A stretch of DNA of 53,752 nt, from assembly GCA_012728565.1 (NCBI GenBank), contig JAAYEV010000032.1, positions 1 through 53,752 of the forward strand, given 5' to 3'. The notes beneath the pieces are model-generated. The model did not search any database. It had not been told where the DNA came from and saw only the letters and a list, made by a program, of their open reading frames with translations. The stretch is from Clostridiales bacterium. Lineage in GTDB: Bacteria; Bacillota; Clostridia; Ch29. Position 1 is the first letter of the stretch, and every line of letters begins with the position of its first letter. Of the stretch, positions 18,739 through 27,381 are shown in pieces. The translations under genes and the position numbers were made by a program.

Positions 18739-20085
18739 TTACACCCTCAAATCCAGGAACCTTCTTACCGTTTCCGGCTTACTCTCTTCCATCCTGCGGC
18801 AGGTTATACGGTTAACCGAAAAACCGCTTCTTTCTATGCTTCGCCTTAAGCTTTCCTTTTCCCGTTCTATCAGGCTTTTGGTCTGCTCTTTCGATACAAA
18901 AAAGTTAAGGTCTACCCTTTTTTCTTTAAGCTTTATTTGGACCCTTATGCTGCCAAGGTATTGCGGTTCGGCTTCCACCACCAGTTCCAGCACATCACCC
19001 TGCTGCTTGGATTCGCCGTTCCCTTGGTTTACCCTTATCCAGCACTCGGAGATTTTTCCATCGAATAAAAAAGGAAATACAAAAATGTTCCGCCCGGAAA
19101 GCACTTCTTCCAAGAAGTAAATCCTTTCCACCAACAGCTCCGCCGCCGCCCTCTGCCTCGGCGCGGCCCTGTTGTTTTCGATTATCCCTTTAAGCAAATT
19201 TTTAAGGTCAAGGGGCTCCGCCTTCCGACCGTCTCGGTTTTGGGCTTCGGACCTCATCCTGTGCTCCCTTGTGCCCTTTGCGGTATCCCAAAACGCCGTT
19301 TCCTCTTCAGCCCCTGGCTGTTCAATGGGCTTTTGGGTTATATCCTCGCTCCTGGGTTCTTCATAAATGCTTTTCAACAATATACCTGGAAATCCTTTAT
19401 TTTCCCTTAAATTTTTTGCCAGTATTAGAGACCCCGGGGTGATTTTCAGTCCGAACCTCATAAGTGTTATTATATCCTCCACCTCTACGCCGGCCAGCTC
19501 TTCCAATATAAGCATAAGCTTCTGATGCTGTGCATCCAATCCTTCATTGGATTCCTGCTGCTTTGACCCGATCAGCCAATTCACAAGCCGATCAATTGGC
19601 TGGTGGATTAAGTCTTCTCCCTGGGATATTGGCGGACCCTTCGCCGCCAGGGCACTGTTTTTTAAAATAAGGGTCAGAAGCGTAAGCTTACTTTTTACTT
19701 CCTTTATATTTTCCGGGGCAGCCGGCAGCCCTCTTTCAAGAAGCTTGCATATAATGCCCGCATCCTCCCGGTCCGCCCGAATCCGGTACCCCGCCTCCGT
19801 ATTTTTCGAAGCGTCCGGTACCCCTTTTTCGCCGGTCACCACCGACAGTTCAATCCTTCCTTCCGTTATGCTTTTTACCTGGAAAATCATTTCTTCTCCC
19901 TGCGGCAATTCAAGTTCCGCATTAAGCCTTGCCCTTAGGAGCGTACCGTCCGCAAGCAGCAGGTAAAAAAGCCGGCCTTCCACCTGTAGTACCCGTGCAG
20001 CCAGCAGCTCCCCCACCTTCAACGGCAGGGTATCCATTATCCTTTCTGTCATAGGTTCCGGGTTTATCGGGTTTAAGTTCACCAT
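18739..20085 (-). CDS. FliK C-terminal-domain-like protein (YlqG-like)
   Basis: C-terminal EPQYLGSIRVQI...FLDLRV. ATG overlaps the rnhB stop (TAATG). Lies upstream of the FlhB-C-like gene. Confidence 0.7.
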   Translation of the reverse strand: MVNLNPINPEPMTERIMDTLPLKVGELLAARVLQVEGRLFYLLLADGTLLRARLNAELELPQGEEMIFQVKSITEGRIELSVVTGEKGVPDASKNTEAGYRIRADREDAGIICKLLERGLPAAPENIKEVKSKLTLLTLILKNSALAAKGPPISQGEDLIHQPIDRLVNWLIGSKQQESNEGLDAQHQKLMLILEELAGVEVEDIITLMRFGLKITPGSLILAKNLRENKGFPGILLKSIYEEPRSEDITQKPIEQPGAEEETAFWDTAKGTREHRMRSEAQNRDGRKAEPLDLKNLLKGIIENNRAAPRQRAAAELLVERIYFLEEVLSGRNIFVFPFLFDGKISECWIRVNQGNGESKQQGDVLELVVEAEPQYLGSIRVQIKLKEKRVDLNFFVSKEQTKSLIEREKESLRRSIERSGFSVNRITCRRMEESKPETVRRFLDLRV

Positions 20086-20858
20086 TACCGCCTCCGGATG
20101 TTCTGTATAAAGGTGCGCCTGTGATAAGGACACGGGCCGTACCTCAATATCGCCTCCACGTGTTCACTGGTGCCGTAACCCTTGTTTTGCAAAAAATTAT
20201 ACACAGGGTATCGCCGGTGCAGCTCTTCCATAAACCGGTCCCTTGTCACCTTTGCTATGATGCTTGCGGCTGCAACCGACAAGCATTTTTGGTCCCCCTT
20301 TACAACGCTCTGCTGGTAAAGGGAGCAGCCGGGAAGTGTCATGGCATCCAGCAGCAGGCAGTCGGGTTTTTGGCTTAAATCTTTCAAGGCGATACCCACC
20401 GCCCTGTAGGTGGCCTGCAATATGTTTATCCTGTCAATCTCGCCGCTGTCCACCATGCCCACACCGTAGCAAAGGGCTTTCTCCTTTATATCTCGGCACA
20501 GCAGTTCCCTTTTTTGCGGGGACAGCTTTTTGGAGTCGTCAACCCCGGCCAGGAAAAAATCCTCCGGCAGTATAACCGCCGCCGCAACCACCGGTCCCGC
20601 CAGCGGCCCACGCCCAGCTTCGTCAATGCCGGCCACCAACCTGTACCCTTTCTTTTTAAGCTCTTTTTCAATTACTCTCATCCTATTGATTCTTTCGAGT
20701 TCCGCCGCCTCTTTCTTTAACTTTCCCTGTAGGGTTTTTCCGATCCTTCTTACCCCCGCCCTGCCGTCCGAAAGCAGCTCGGGTATAAGACGGTATTGTT
20801 CCTTGGTGTTAAGCCCCTCTATGTATAGCTTTATTTCTTCTATACTCCCGTTTAGCAC
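20085..20858 (-). CDS. rnhB: Ribonuclease HII
   Basis: GIDEAGRGPLAGPV, DDSKKL, VAAASIIAKVTRD, KGYGT. Confidence 0.98.
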   Translation of the reverse strand: MLNGSIEEIKLYIEGLNTKEQYRLIPELLSDGRAGVRRIGKTLQGKLKKEAAELERINRMRVIEKELKKKGYRLVAGIDEAGRGPLAGPVVAAAVILPEDFFLAGVDDSKKLSPQKRELLCRDIKEKALCYGVGMVDSGEIDRINILQATYRAVGIALKDLSQKPDCLLLDAMTLPGCSLYQQSVVKGDQKCLSVAAASIIAKVTRDRFMEELHRRYPVYNFLQNKGYGTSEHVEAILRYGPCPYHRRTFIQNIRRR

Positions 20859-20905
20859 CCACCCTCACCCCCCAAATTCCGCCCTCTTTGACAAAAGCCC
20901 CAAGT

Positions 20906-21760
20906 TTACGGGGCGTCCTCCGGCAGTTCAAGCGTTATTCTACCCAGCCTGCCGCTTCTAAAGTCCTCCAGCAGTATTATCGATGTTCTTAGGGTATCAA
21001 TTCTACCACCCCTTACCATGCAGCCCCGGGCACTCCCTACCTGTTCCAGGACCCGGTAAGGGGTTTCCTCCAATTGTACAATACCATACCCGCGCTTTAA
21101 AAGCTCCGGGTCCAGTTGGAAAAGCCTTTCAATAAGTTTTAGGGCAAGTTCCTCCCTGTCCAGGACCTCTTCCTTAATGGCCCCGGTAATGGCAAGGTTA
21201 ACCCCTACCCTCTCTTCGTCGAATTTTGGCCACAGCACCCCCGGTGTATCCAATAGGTCAATTCCTTCGGCCACTTTAACCCACTGCCTGCCCCTTGTAA
21301 CCCCCGGCTTATCCCCGGTCCTTGCCGAAGCCTTCCCGGCAATCCGGTTTATCAGCGACGACTTGCCCACGTTTGGGATACCGGCTATCATGACACGTAT
21401 ACGTTTGTTCTTTCTACCCCTTTTCTGCCACTTTTCCCGGACCATTTCTCCCCGTTCGGTTATCTTAAGCATCAGCTCCCGAACTCCGCTTCCGCTTAAA
21501 GAGTCTATGGCCAGGGCCGTTATGGACCTGTTTTTGAAATGCTCGATCCAACGCGCTGTGGCTTCGGGGTGGGCAAGGTCCGACTTGTTAAGGACAGTTA
21601 TCCTTTTCTTGTCCGGGAGTATCCTTGCCAGCTCCGGGTTACCGCTGCTGTACGGTATCCTGGCGTCCAAGAGTTCAATGACAAAGTCCGCCAGCGCCAG
21701 GTTTTCCTTTATCTCTTTAATTGTCTTTGTCATATGGCCAGGAAACCACTGAATATTCAT
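20906..21760 (-). CDS. rbgA: Ribosome biogenesis GTPase RbgA/YlqF
   Basis: IQWFPGHM, NKSD, GIPNVGKS, DTPG (circularly permuted GTPase). Confidence 0.97.
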   Translation of the reverse strand: MNIQWFPGHMTKTIKEIKENLALADFVIELLDARIPYSSGNPELARILPDKKRITVLNKSDLAHPEATARWIEHFKNRSITALAIDSLSGSGVRELMLKITERGEMVREKWQKRGRKNKRIRVMIAGIPNVGKSSLINRIAGKASARTGDKPGVTRGRQWVKVAEGIDLLDTPGVLWPKFDEERVGVNLAITGAIKEEVLDREELALKLIERLFQLDPELLKRGYGIVQLEETPYRVLEQVGSARGCMVRGGRIDTLRTSIILLEDFRSGRLGRITLELPEDAP

Positions 21761-21773
21761 TTCTTTTACACCT

Positions 21774-22295
21774 TCAGTCGATTATTGTTGGGGGTATAGG
21801 CCATAACCTTAAAACGGCCTCTCCGCGGATATTCTTAAGCGGTATAAACCCTACGTCGGCATACCGGCTGTCCCTGCTGTCATTTCTATTATCACCCAGT
21901 ACAAACACTGTATTCGGGGGAACCACCACTTCCGGAAAGTCCCCGAGGGGTCTTTCGCTGATGTAAGGCTCCTCCAGTTCGGTGCCGTTCACGTACACCC
22001 TGTGGTCCTTTATCTCCACTCTGTCCCCTTCCACCGCAATTACCCTTTTAATGAAAATAAGGGATGGGTCGGAGGGATACTCAAATACCACTATATCCCC
22101 GTGCTTTGGTTTGCCTAATAGATAGCCAATTTTGTTGACCGCCAGTCGATCGCTGTCCTTAAGAGTGGGCAGCATTGAGGAACCTTCCACCAAAACCGTT
22201 TCAAACACAAATGTCTTTATGACAATGGCTATTACCACCGCTATAACAATGGATTCCAGCCATTCCCTTGCCTGGCTCTTGGCACCTGAAGTCAT
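21774..22295 (-). CDS. lepB: Signal peptidase I
   Basis: GSSMLPTL, IKRVIA, LGDNRNDSRDSR. Confidence 0.96.
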   Translation of the reverse strand: MTSGAKSQAREWLESIVIAVVIAIVIKTFVFETVLVEGSSMLPTLKDSDRLAVNKIGYLLGKPKHGDIVVFEYPSDPSLIFIKRVIAVEGDRVEIKDHRVYVNGTELEEPYISERPLGDFPEVVVPPNTVFVLGDNRNDSRDSRYADVGFIPLKNIRGEAVLRLWPIPPTIID

Positions 22296-22324
22296 GGCCT
22301 ACCCTCCTAATTAGATGAAGCATT

Positions 22325-22358
22325 AAACAAATTATGGGACTGCCGTCAGTCCCATAAT
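22325..22358 (-). terminator. rplS terminator
   Basis: Perfect 12-bp stem ATTATGGGACTG/CAGTCCCATAAT followed by UUGUUU. Confidence 0.8.
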
Positions 22359-22363
22359 GCCTG

Positions 22364-22705
22364 TTATTTTCTTTCTTTAACCCTGGCAGACTTACCCAGC
22401 CTGTCCCTAAGGTAGTACAGCCTCGCCCTTCTGACTCTGCCTCTCCTGACCACTTCTATGTTATCCAGCTTGGGAGAATGCAAAAGGAATGTCCTTTCAA
22501 CCCCTACTCCGTATGAAATCCTTCTTACGGTGAATGTTTCATTGATACCGCCGTGCTGCCTTTTTATAACGGTACCTTCAAACACCTGTATTCTTTCCCT
22601 GTTTCCTTCCTTTATCTTCACATGCACCCTGACGGTGTCTCCTACCTGAAACTCGGGAATATCCTTTTTCAGTTGCCCACTTTCCACCATTTTTATAAGG
22701 TCCAT
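22364..22705 (-). CDS. rplS: 50S ribosomal protein L19
   Basis: [33 protein letters not shown]. Start moved to MDLIK after AAGGAGG. Confidence 0.98.
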   Translation of the reverse strand: MDLIKMVESGQLKKDIPEFQVGDTVRVHVKIKEGNRERIQVFEGTVIKRQHGGINETFTVRRISYGVGVERTFLLHSPKLDNIEVVRRGRVRRARLYYLRDRLGKSARVKERK

Positions 22706-22725
22706 ATTGTACCTCCTTCCCTCCT

Positions 22726-22762
22726 GGACGTTCGTACTGCCCGCGGCAGAATAGGACCGTCC
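22726..22762 (-). ncRNA. L19 ribosomal protein leader-like RNA
   Basis: GGACGGUCC...CUGCC/GGCAG...GAACGUCC stem directly 5' of the rplS SD; resembles the Firmicute L19 leader. Confidence 0.7.
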
Positions 22763-22777
22763 GTTATGCCAAGTGCT

Positions 22778-22806
22778 ATTATAGCACATAGTCCACGGTA
22801 TAACAA
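22778..22806 (-). promoter_or_regulatory. sigmaA promoter of rplS
   Basis: TTGTTA-N17-TATAAT with extended TG. Confidence 0.75.
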
Positions 22807-22820
22807 TAAATTTTAATTGG

Positions 22821-23528
22821 CTAGTGGCCTGGTTCCTCGGGCTCTAAGCCTTTGCCGGCCAAAAGGTCCGGCCTTATGCGCCGCGTTATCTCAACGGCTT
22901 TTCTTCTTCGCCATTCCTCGATTCTTTTATGGTTGCCCGAAAGCAGCACCTCCGGCACCTTCATGCCCAAAAAGTCCGCCGGTCTCGTATACTGGGGGTA
23001 TTCCAGCAGCCCGTTTGTAAAGGATTCCTGCTCCAGCGAGCGGGGACTGCCAATGGCGCCCGGCAGCAGCCTTGCCACCGCATCCACTATTACCATGGCC
23101 GGAAGCTCACCACCGGTCAGGATATAATCGCCAATGGATATTTCTTCGTCCACCATGGTGTCTATTATCCTCTGGTCTATGCCCTCGTAATGCCCGCATA
23201 CAATTACCAGGTGGGGTTCCTTGGAAAGCAGCCGGGCCTTTTCTTGGTCAAAGGGTTTTCCCCGGGGACTTGTTAAAACCACCCGGGCATCGGGGCTTTT
23301 ATCCTTGACGGACTTTATCGCGTCATACAGGGGCTGCGGCATCATCACCATGCCCGCACCACCGCCGTAGGGGTAGTCATCAACCCTCCTGTGCCTGTCC
23401 TTGGAAAAGTCCCTTATGTTTATTACGCCCACTCTCAGTATGCCTTTTTCTATAGCTTTCCCCAGAATACTGCTTTTCAAGACTGCGTCGAACATTTCAG
23501 GGAAAAGGGTGAGTATGTCTATTTTCAC
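22821..23528 (-). CDS. trmD: tRNA (guanine-N1)-methyltransferase TrmD
   Basis: [31 protein letters not shown]. Confidence 0.98.
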   Translation of the reverse strand: MKIDILTLFPEMFDAVLKSSILGKAIEKGILRVGVINIRDFSKDRHRRVDDYPYGGGAGMVMMPQPLYDAIKSVKDKSPDARVVLTSPRGKPFDQEKARLLSKEPHLVIVCGHYEGIDQRIIDTMVDEEISIGDYILTGGELPAMVIVDAVARLLPGAIGSPRSLEQESFTNGLLEYPQYTRPADFLGMKVPEVLLSGNHKRIEEWRRRKAVEITRRIRPDLLAGKGLEPEEPGH

Positions 23529-24031
23529 TCAACCAACCCCTCCGGAAGCTGTACCCTTATAATTTTTTCCCGGATATTTATCTCTTTTACCATTTCCCTT
23601 ACCGCGGGTATCAGTATTTCCCCCTTATCTCCCTTCACAACATAAACGTCATGGGCACCGGGCGAGAGTACCTCCACTACTTCTCCGAGCATGGACCCGT
23701 CGGCTTCCAGTACTTTACACCCTATTATGTCGAAAACATAGAATTGGCCCTCCTCCAGCCGGGCCAGGTTGTCCCTGTCCACCTCGAGGTATTTTCCCTT
23801 GAAAGGCAGCACTGAATTCGCATCGTCGTACCCTTTAAGCTTCAGCACTATGCTGCCCGTCTTGTAGGGCCTGTACCTTTCCACTTCAACCCGCTGCCTG
23901 CCGGTGCCGGTATTTATATAACACTCTTCGAGGTCCTTGAAACGGTCGGGGATGTTGCTCAGCAAAAGCACCTTCATTTCCCCCTTTATTCCAAGTGTAT
24001 TCGCAATGTACCCAATTTTATAGTATTCCAT
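23525..24031 (-). CDS. rimM: Ribosome maturation factor RimM
   Basis: IGYIANTLGIKGE, GAHDVYVV, ILIPAV; expected synteny. Confidence 0.95.
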   Translation of the reverse strand: MEYYKIGYIANTLGIKGEMKVLLLSNIPDRFKDLEECYINTGTGRQRVEVERYRPYKTGSIVLKLKGYDDANSVLPFKGKYLEVDRDNLARLEEGQFYVFDIIGCKVLEADGSMLGEVVEVLSPGAHDVYVVKGDKGEILIPAVREMVKEINIREKIIRVQLPEGLVE

Positions 24032-24081
24032 ACCGACACCACCTGGTAATCCTGAACATCCGGTCCGCTGCTTGTTCCGCC

Positions 24082-24312
24082 CTATTCTATTATTTCCACC
24101 ACTACCCTTTTATCCTGTTTTACCGCCGAGGCCTTGACTATGGTTCTTATGGCCTTTGCGATCCTTCCATGTTTGCCAATAACCTTGCCCATGTCTTCGG
24201 GGTCTACTTTAAGTTCCACAATTATTGACTTTTCACCGTCCACCTGTCTTACTTCCACGCGTTCCGGGTGGTCAACAAGGGACCGGGCGATAAATTCAAC
24301 CAATTCCTTCAT
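24082..24312 (-). CDS. khpA: KH-domain RNA-binding protein KhpA
   Basis: DMGKVIGKHGRIAKAIRT. Confidence 0.95.
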   Translation of the reverse strand: MKELVEFIARSLVDHPERVEVRQVDGEKSIIVELKVDPEDMGKVIGKHGRIAKAIRTIVKASAVKQDKRVVVEIIE

Positions 24313-24326
24313 TACCGCACCTCCAG

Positions 24327-24599
24327 TTACTCCTCATTGCTTACCTCTCCGAGGTTTTGGTAAACCCCCTCGGACTTGAACAATGCTTTTACGGTGTCCG
24401 AGGGCTTTGCACCCCTTTTCAGCCACTGTGCCGCCTTCTCATGGTCTATTTTTATCTCCCTGGGCTGGGAAATAGGGTTGTAGTAGCCAATCTCCTCTAT
24501 AAATCTCCCGTCCCTGGGGGCTCTTGAATCCGCCACCACAATCCTGTAAAAGGGTCTTTTCTTGGCTCCCATTCTTCTAAGCCTTATCTTGACTGCCAT
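24327..24599 (-). CDS. rpsP: 30S ribosomal protein S16
   Basis: [26 protein letters not shown]. Confidence 0.99.
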   Translation of the reverse strand: MAVKIRLRRMGAKKRPFYRIVVADSRAPRDGRFIEEIGYYNPISQPREIKIDHEKAAQWLKRGAKPSDTVKALFKSEGVYQNLGEVSNEE

Positions 24600-24644
24600 T
24601 TTTTCACCTCCCCGTCGTCACGAATGCATGATGTTTCCTTTTAT

Positions 24645-25985
24645 CTATATGAAAGGGAAACCGGGCTTTCCTTTCCTTGGGCCCTTTCCCATTTCAGCGA
24701 GCTGTTTCATCAGTTTCCTTGTCTGTTCATACTGCTTTAATAGCCTGTTTACCTGCTGTATGGTGGTGCCGCTGCCGGCGGCTATCCTCCTTCTCCTGCT
24801 CCCGTTTAGTATGGACGGGTCCCTTCTTTCCTCCGGCGTCATGGAACTTATAATTGCCTCCACCCTGGCCAGTTCCCTGTCGTCCACTTCCACCGGTCCC
24901 ATCTTTCCGGTTTTCATGCCGGGTATCATGTCCATTATCTTGTCTATCGGTCCCATATTCCTTACCTGGTTCAGCTGCTCTAAGAAATCCTCCAGCGTAA
25001 ACTGCTGGCTTTTAATCTTACGGGTAAGCTCGGCGGCCTTTTTTTGGTCAAAGGATTCCTGGGCCTTTTCTATAAGGGTCAGCACGTCTCCCATACCCAG
25101 GATGCGGGACGCCATGCGGTCGGGGTAAAACAGTTCAATGTCCTCCACCTTTTCCCCGGTACCGGCAAACTTTATCGGTTTACCGGTAACCGCCTTGACA
25201 GAAATGGCCGCCCCTCCACGGGTGTCCCCGTCCAGCTTGGTGAGGATCACTCCGTCTATGCCTATTCTCCGGTTAAAGCTTTCCGCCACGTTTACCGCGT
25301 CCTGCCCTGTCATGGCATCCACCACCAGCAGTACCTGGTCCGGCTTTGCCTGGGCCTTCATTTCCTCCAGTTCAAGCATAAGCGCATCATCCACGTGAAG
25401 CCTTCCGGCGGTATCGAGGATTACCACGTCCCTGCCGGTTTTTTTTGCCTCCGAAACTCCCGCCTTTGCTATATCGGAGGGCTTGGCCTTATCGCCCATA
25501 GAAAACACCGGTATGCCGGCCTTTTCACCCACAACGTGCAGCTGTTTTATCGCCGCCGGGCGGTACACGTCACAGGCCACCAGCAGCGGATGTTTCCCGT
25601 GGTGTTTCTCCAGGTACTTTGCAATCTTGGCCGCGGCGGTGGTTTTGCCCGCCCCCTGCAGTCCCACCAGCATAATGATGGTAACACCGGAGGGAGAAAA
25701 CACAATCTTGCTGGGGACAGTTCCCATAAGTTCTATTAGCTGTTCCCTAACTATCTTTATAAGCTGCTGGCCGGGGGTCAGGCTGTCCATTACTTCGCTG
25801 CCCACCGCCCTGTCGGTGACTTTTTTAATGAAGTCCTTAACCACCAGGAAATTGACGTCCGCCTCCAGCAGGGCCAGTTTTACTTCCCTCATGCCCTCCT
25901 TGACGTCCTTCTCGGACAGCTTTCCCTTGCCCCTTAGTTTTTTGAAGGTATTCTGCAGCTTTTCGGTTAATCCCTCAAAGGCCAT
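24645..25985 (-). CDS. ffh: Signal recognition particle protein Ffh
   Basis: GLQGAGKTT, DTAGR, TKLDGD; M-domain SRRRRIAAGSG. Confidence 0.98.
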   Translation of the reverse strand: MAFEGLTEKLQNTFKKLRGKGKLSEKDVKEGMREVKLALLEADVNFLVVKDFIKKVTDRAVGSEVMDSLTPGQQLIKIVREQLIELMGTVPSKIVFSPSGVTIIMLVGLQGAGKTTAAAKIAKYLEKHHGKHPLLVACDVYRPAAIKQLHVVGEKAGIPVFSMGDKAKPSDIAKAGVSEAKKTGRDVVILDTAGRLHVDDALMLELEEMKAQAKPDQVLLVVDAMTGQDAVNVAESFNRRIGIDGVILTKLDGDTRGGAAISVKAVTGKPIKFAGTGEKVEDIELFYPDRMASRILGMGDVLTLIEKAQESFDQKKAAELTRKIKSQQFTLEDFLEQLNQVRNMGPIDKIMDMIPGMKTGKMGPVEVDDRELARVEAIISSMTPEERRDPSILNGSRRRRIAAGSGTTIQQVNRLLKQYEQTRKLMKQLAEMGKGPRKGKPGFPFI

Positions 25986-25990
25986 GAGCC

Positions 25991-26359
25991 CTAACCTCCC
26001 GTTGCCGTTTGGATATACTCCCTTATCTCCCGGAGCTTTTCAATAATTTTCTCTTTGCCCTGTTCCCTTTCCAGGGCTTTTATTATTCCGTCAAGGTTTC
26101 CTAAAACTTTTGTCTTTTTTTCCGAATCCGTCCTGAACCTTTTTACCAGGCCCAGCCTGTCCTCCATGTCCCTCAGCTGCACCTTTGCCCTTTTCAGGTT
26201 ATCAAACACCGCCTGCCGACTGGTGCTCAAAAGCTCCCCAATTTCACCCAGAGAATAGTCCTTCATATAATAAAGGTCCATTATCTCCTGCTGCCGCGGT
26301 GTCAGTACCCCGCCGTAAAAGTCGTATAAAAGGGCCATTTCCACGAACTCTTCATTCAT
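25991..26359 (-). CDS. ylxM: YlxM family putative DNA-binding protein
   Basis: LYDFYGGVLT...DYSLGEI...SRQAVFD; precedes ffh. Start moved to MNEEF. Confidence 0.93.
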   Translation of the reverse strand: MNEEFVEMALLYDFYGGVLTPRQQEIMDLYYMKDYSLGEIGELLSTSRQAVFDNLKRAKVQLRDMEDRLGLVKRFRTDSEKKTKVLGNLDGIIKALEREQGKEKIIEKLREIREYIQTATGG

Positions 26360-26408
26360 ATATCCATCATCCCAATACGCCTGTAAAGGCATTTTGCTTT
26401 ACAGGCGT

Positions 26409-26437
26409 ATTTTATATTATTATTATGCTCCTGTCAA
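26409..26437 (-). promoter_or_regulatory. sigmaA promoter of ylxM-ffh
   Basis: TTGACA-N17-TAAAAT. Confidence 0.8.
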
Positions 26438-26444
26438 CAATAAA

Positions 26445-27368
26445 TCATCCCAATATGGCATCCACGAAAATTTCCCCGTCAAAGGGCTGCAGGTCTTCAA
26501 TCCCTTCCCCGATGCCAACATATTTCACAGGGACCCCCAGTTCCCTGCCTATGGCAAACACTATCCCTCCCTTTGCGGTGCCGTCCAGCTTGGTAAGTAT
26601 TATGCCGGTTATGTCGGTAATCTCCTTGAAGGTCTTGGCCTGCGCAAGGGCGTTTTGGCCCGTTGTGGCATCCAGTACCAGGTATGTCTCTACCCTGTAC
26701 CCTTCCGCTTCCCTGTTTATTATCCTCTTTACCTTTTTCAGTTCTTCCATAAGGTTCTTTTTATTGTGCAGCCTCCCGGCGGTGTCAATGATGAGCACGT
26801 CCGCCTTCCTTGCCTTGAACGCACCCAGCGCGTCAAACACTACCGCGCCGGGGTCGGAGCCCTCGCTGTGCTTTATTACGTCCGCGCCGGCCCTTTGTCC
26901 CCAGACTTGCAGCTGCTCGATTGCCGCCGCCCTGAAAGTGTCTGCGGCGGCCGTCAGCACTTTTTTGCCCTTTGACCTGTAGAGGGCCGCCAGTTTGCCT
27001 ATGGTGGTGGTTTTACCCACCCCGTTTACTCCCACCACCAGTATTATCACGGGAAAGTCTTCCCCGTCGGCAGACAGGTCATCTTTTTCCAGCATTTCCT
27101 TAAGTATTTTTTTGAGTTCTTCCTTTATTTTTTCCCCGGTTATGCTCTTATCCCGCCTCATCCTTTCGCCCAGCGTGTTTATCACCTCAAGGCTGGTATC
27201 CACCCCCGCATCGGCGGTGATAAGCACCTCTTCCAGTTCCTCCAGCATCTCCGGGCTGGGCTTGCCGCCCAGGGCCAAAATACCGTCTAGCTTTTTCCTG
27301 ATATCCTCCCTGCTCTTTACAAGGCCTTGCATAAGCCTCGACAGAAGTCCGGGATGTTTGTCCTGCAT
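26445..27368 (-). CDS. ftsY: SRP receptor FtsY
   Basis: GVNGVGKTT, DTFRAAA, DTAGR, TKLDGTAKGG. Confidence 0.98.
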   Translation of the reverse strand: MQDKHPGLLSRLMQGLVKSREDIRKKLDGILALGGKPSPEMLEELEEVLITADAGVDTSLEVINTLGERMRRDKSITGEKIKEELKKILKEMLEKDDLSADGEDFPVIILVVGVNGVGKTTTIGKLAALYRSKGKKVLTAAADTFRAAAIEQLQVWGQRAGADVIKHSEGSDPGAVVFDALGAFKARKADVLIIDTAGRLHNKKNLMEELKKVKRIINREAEGYRVETYLVLDATTGQNALAQAKTFKEITDITGIILTKLDGTAKGGIVFAIGRELGVPVKYVGIGEGIEDLQPFDGEIFVDAILG

Positions 27369-27381
27369 ATTTTTCTCCTCC

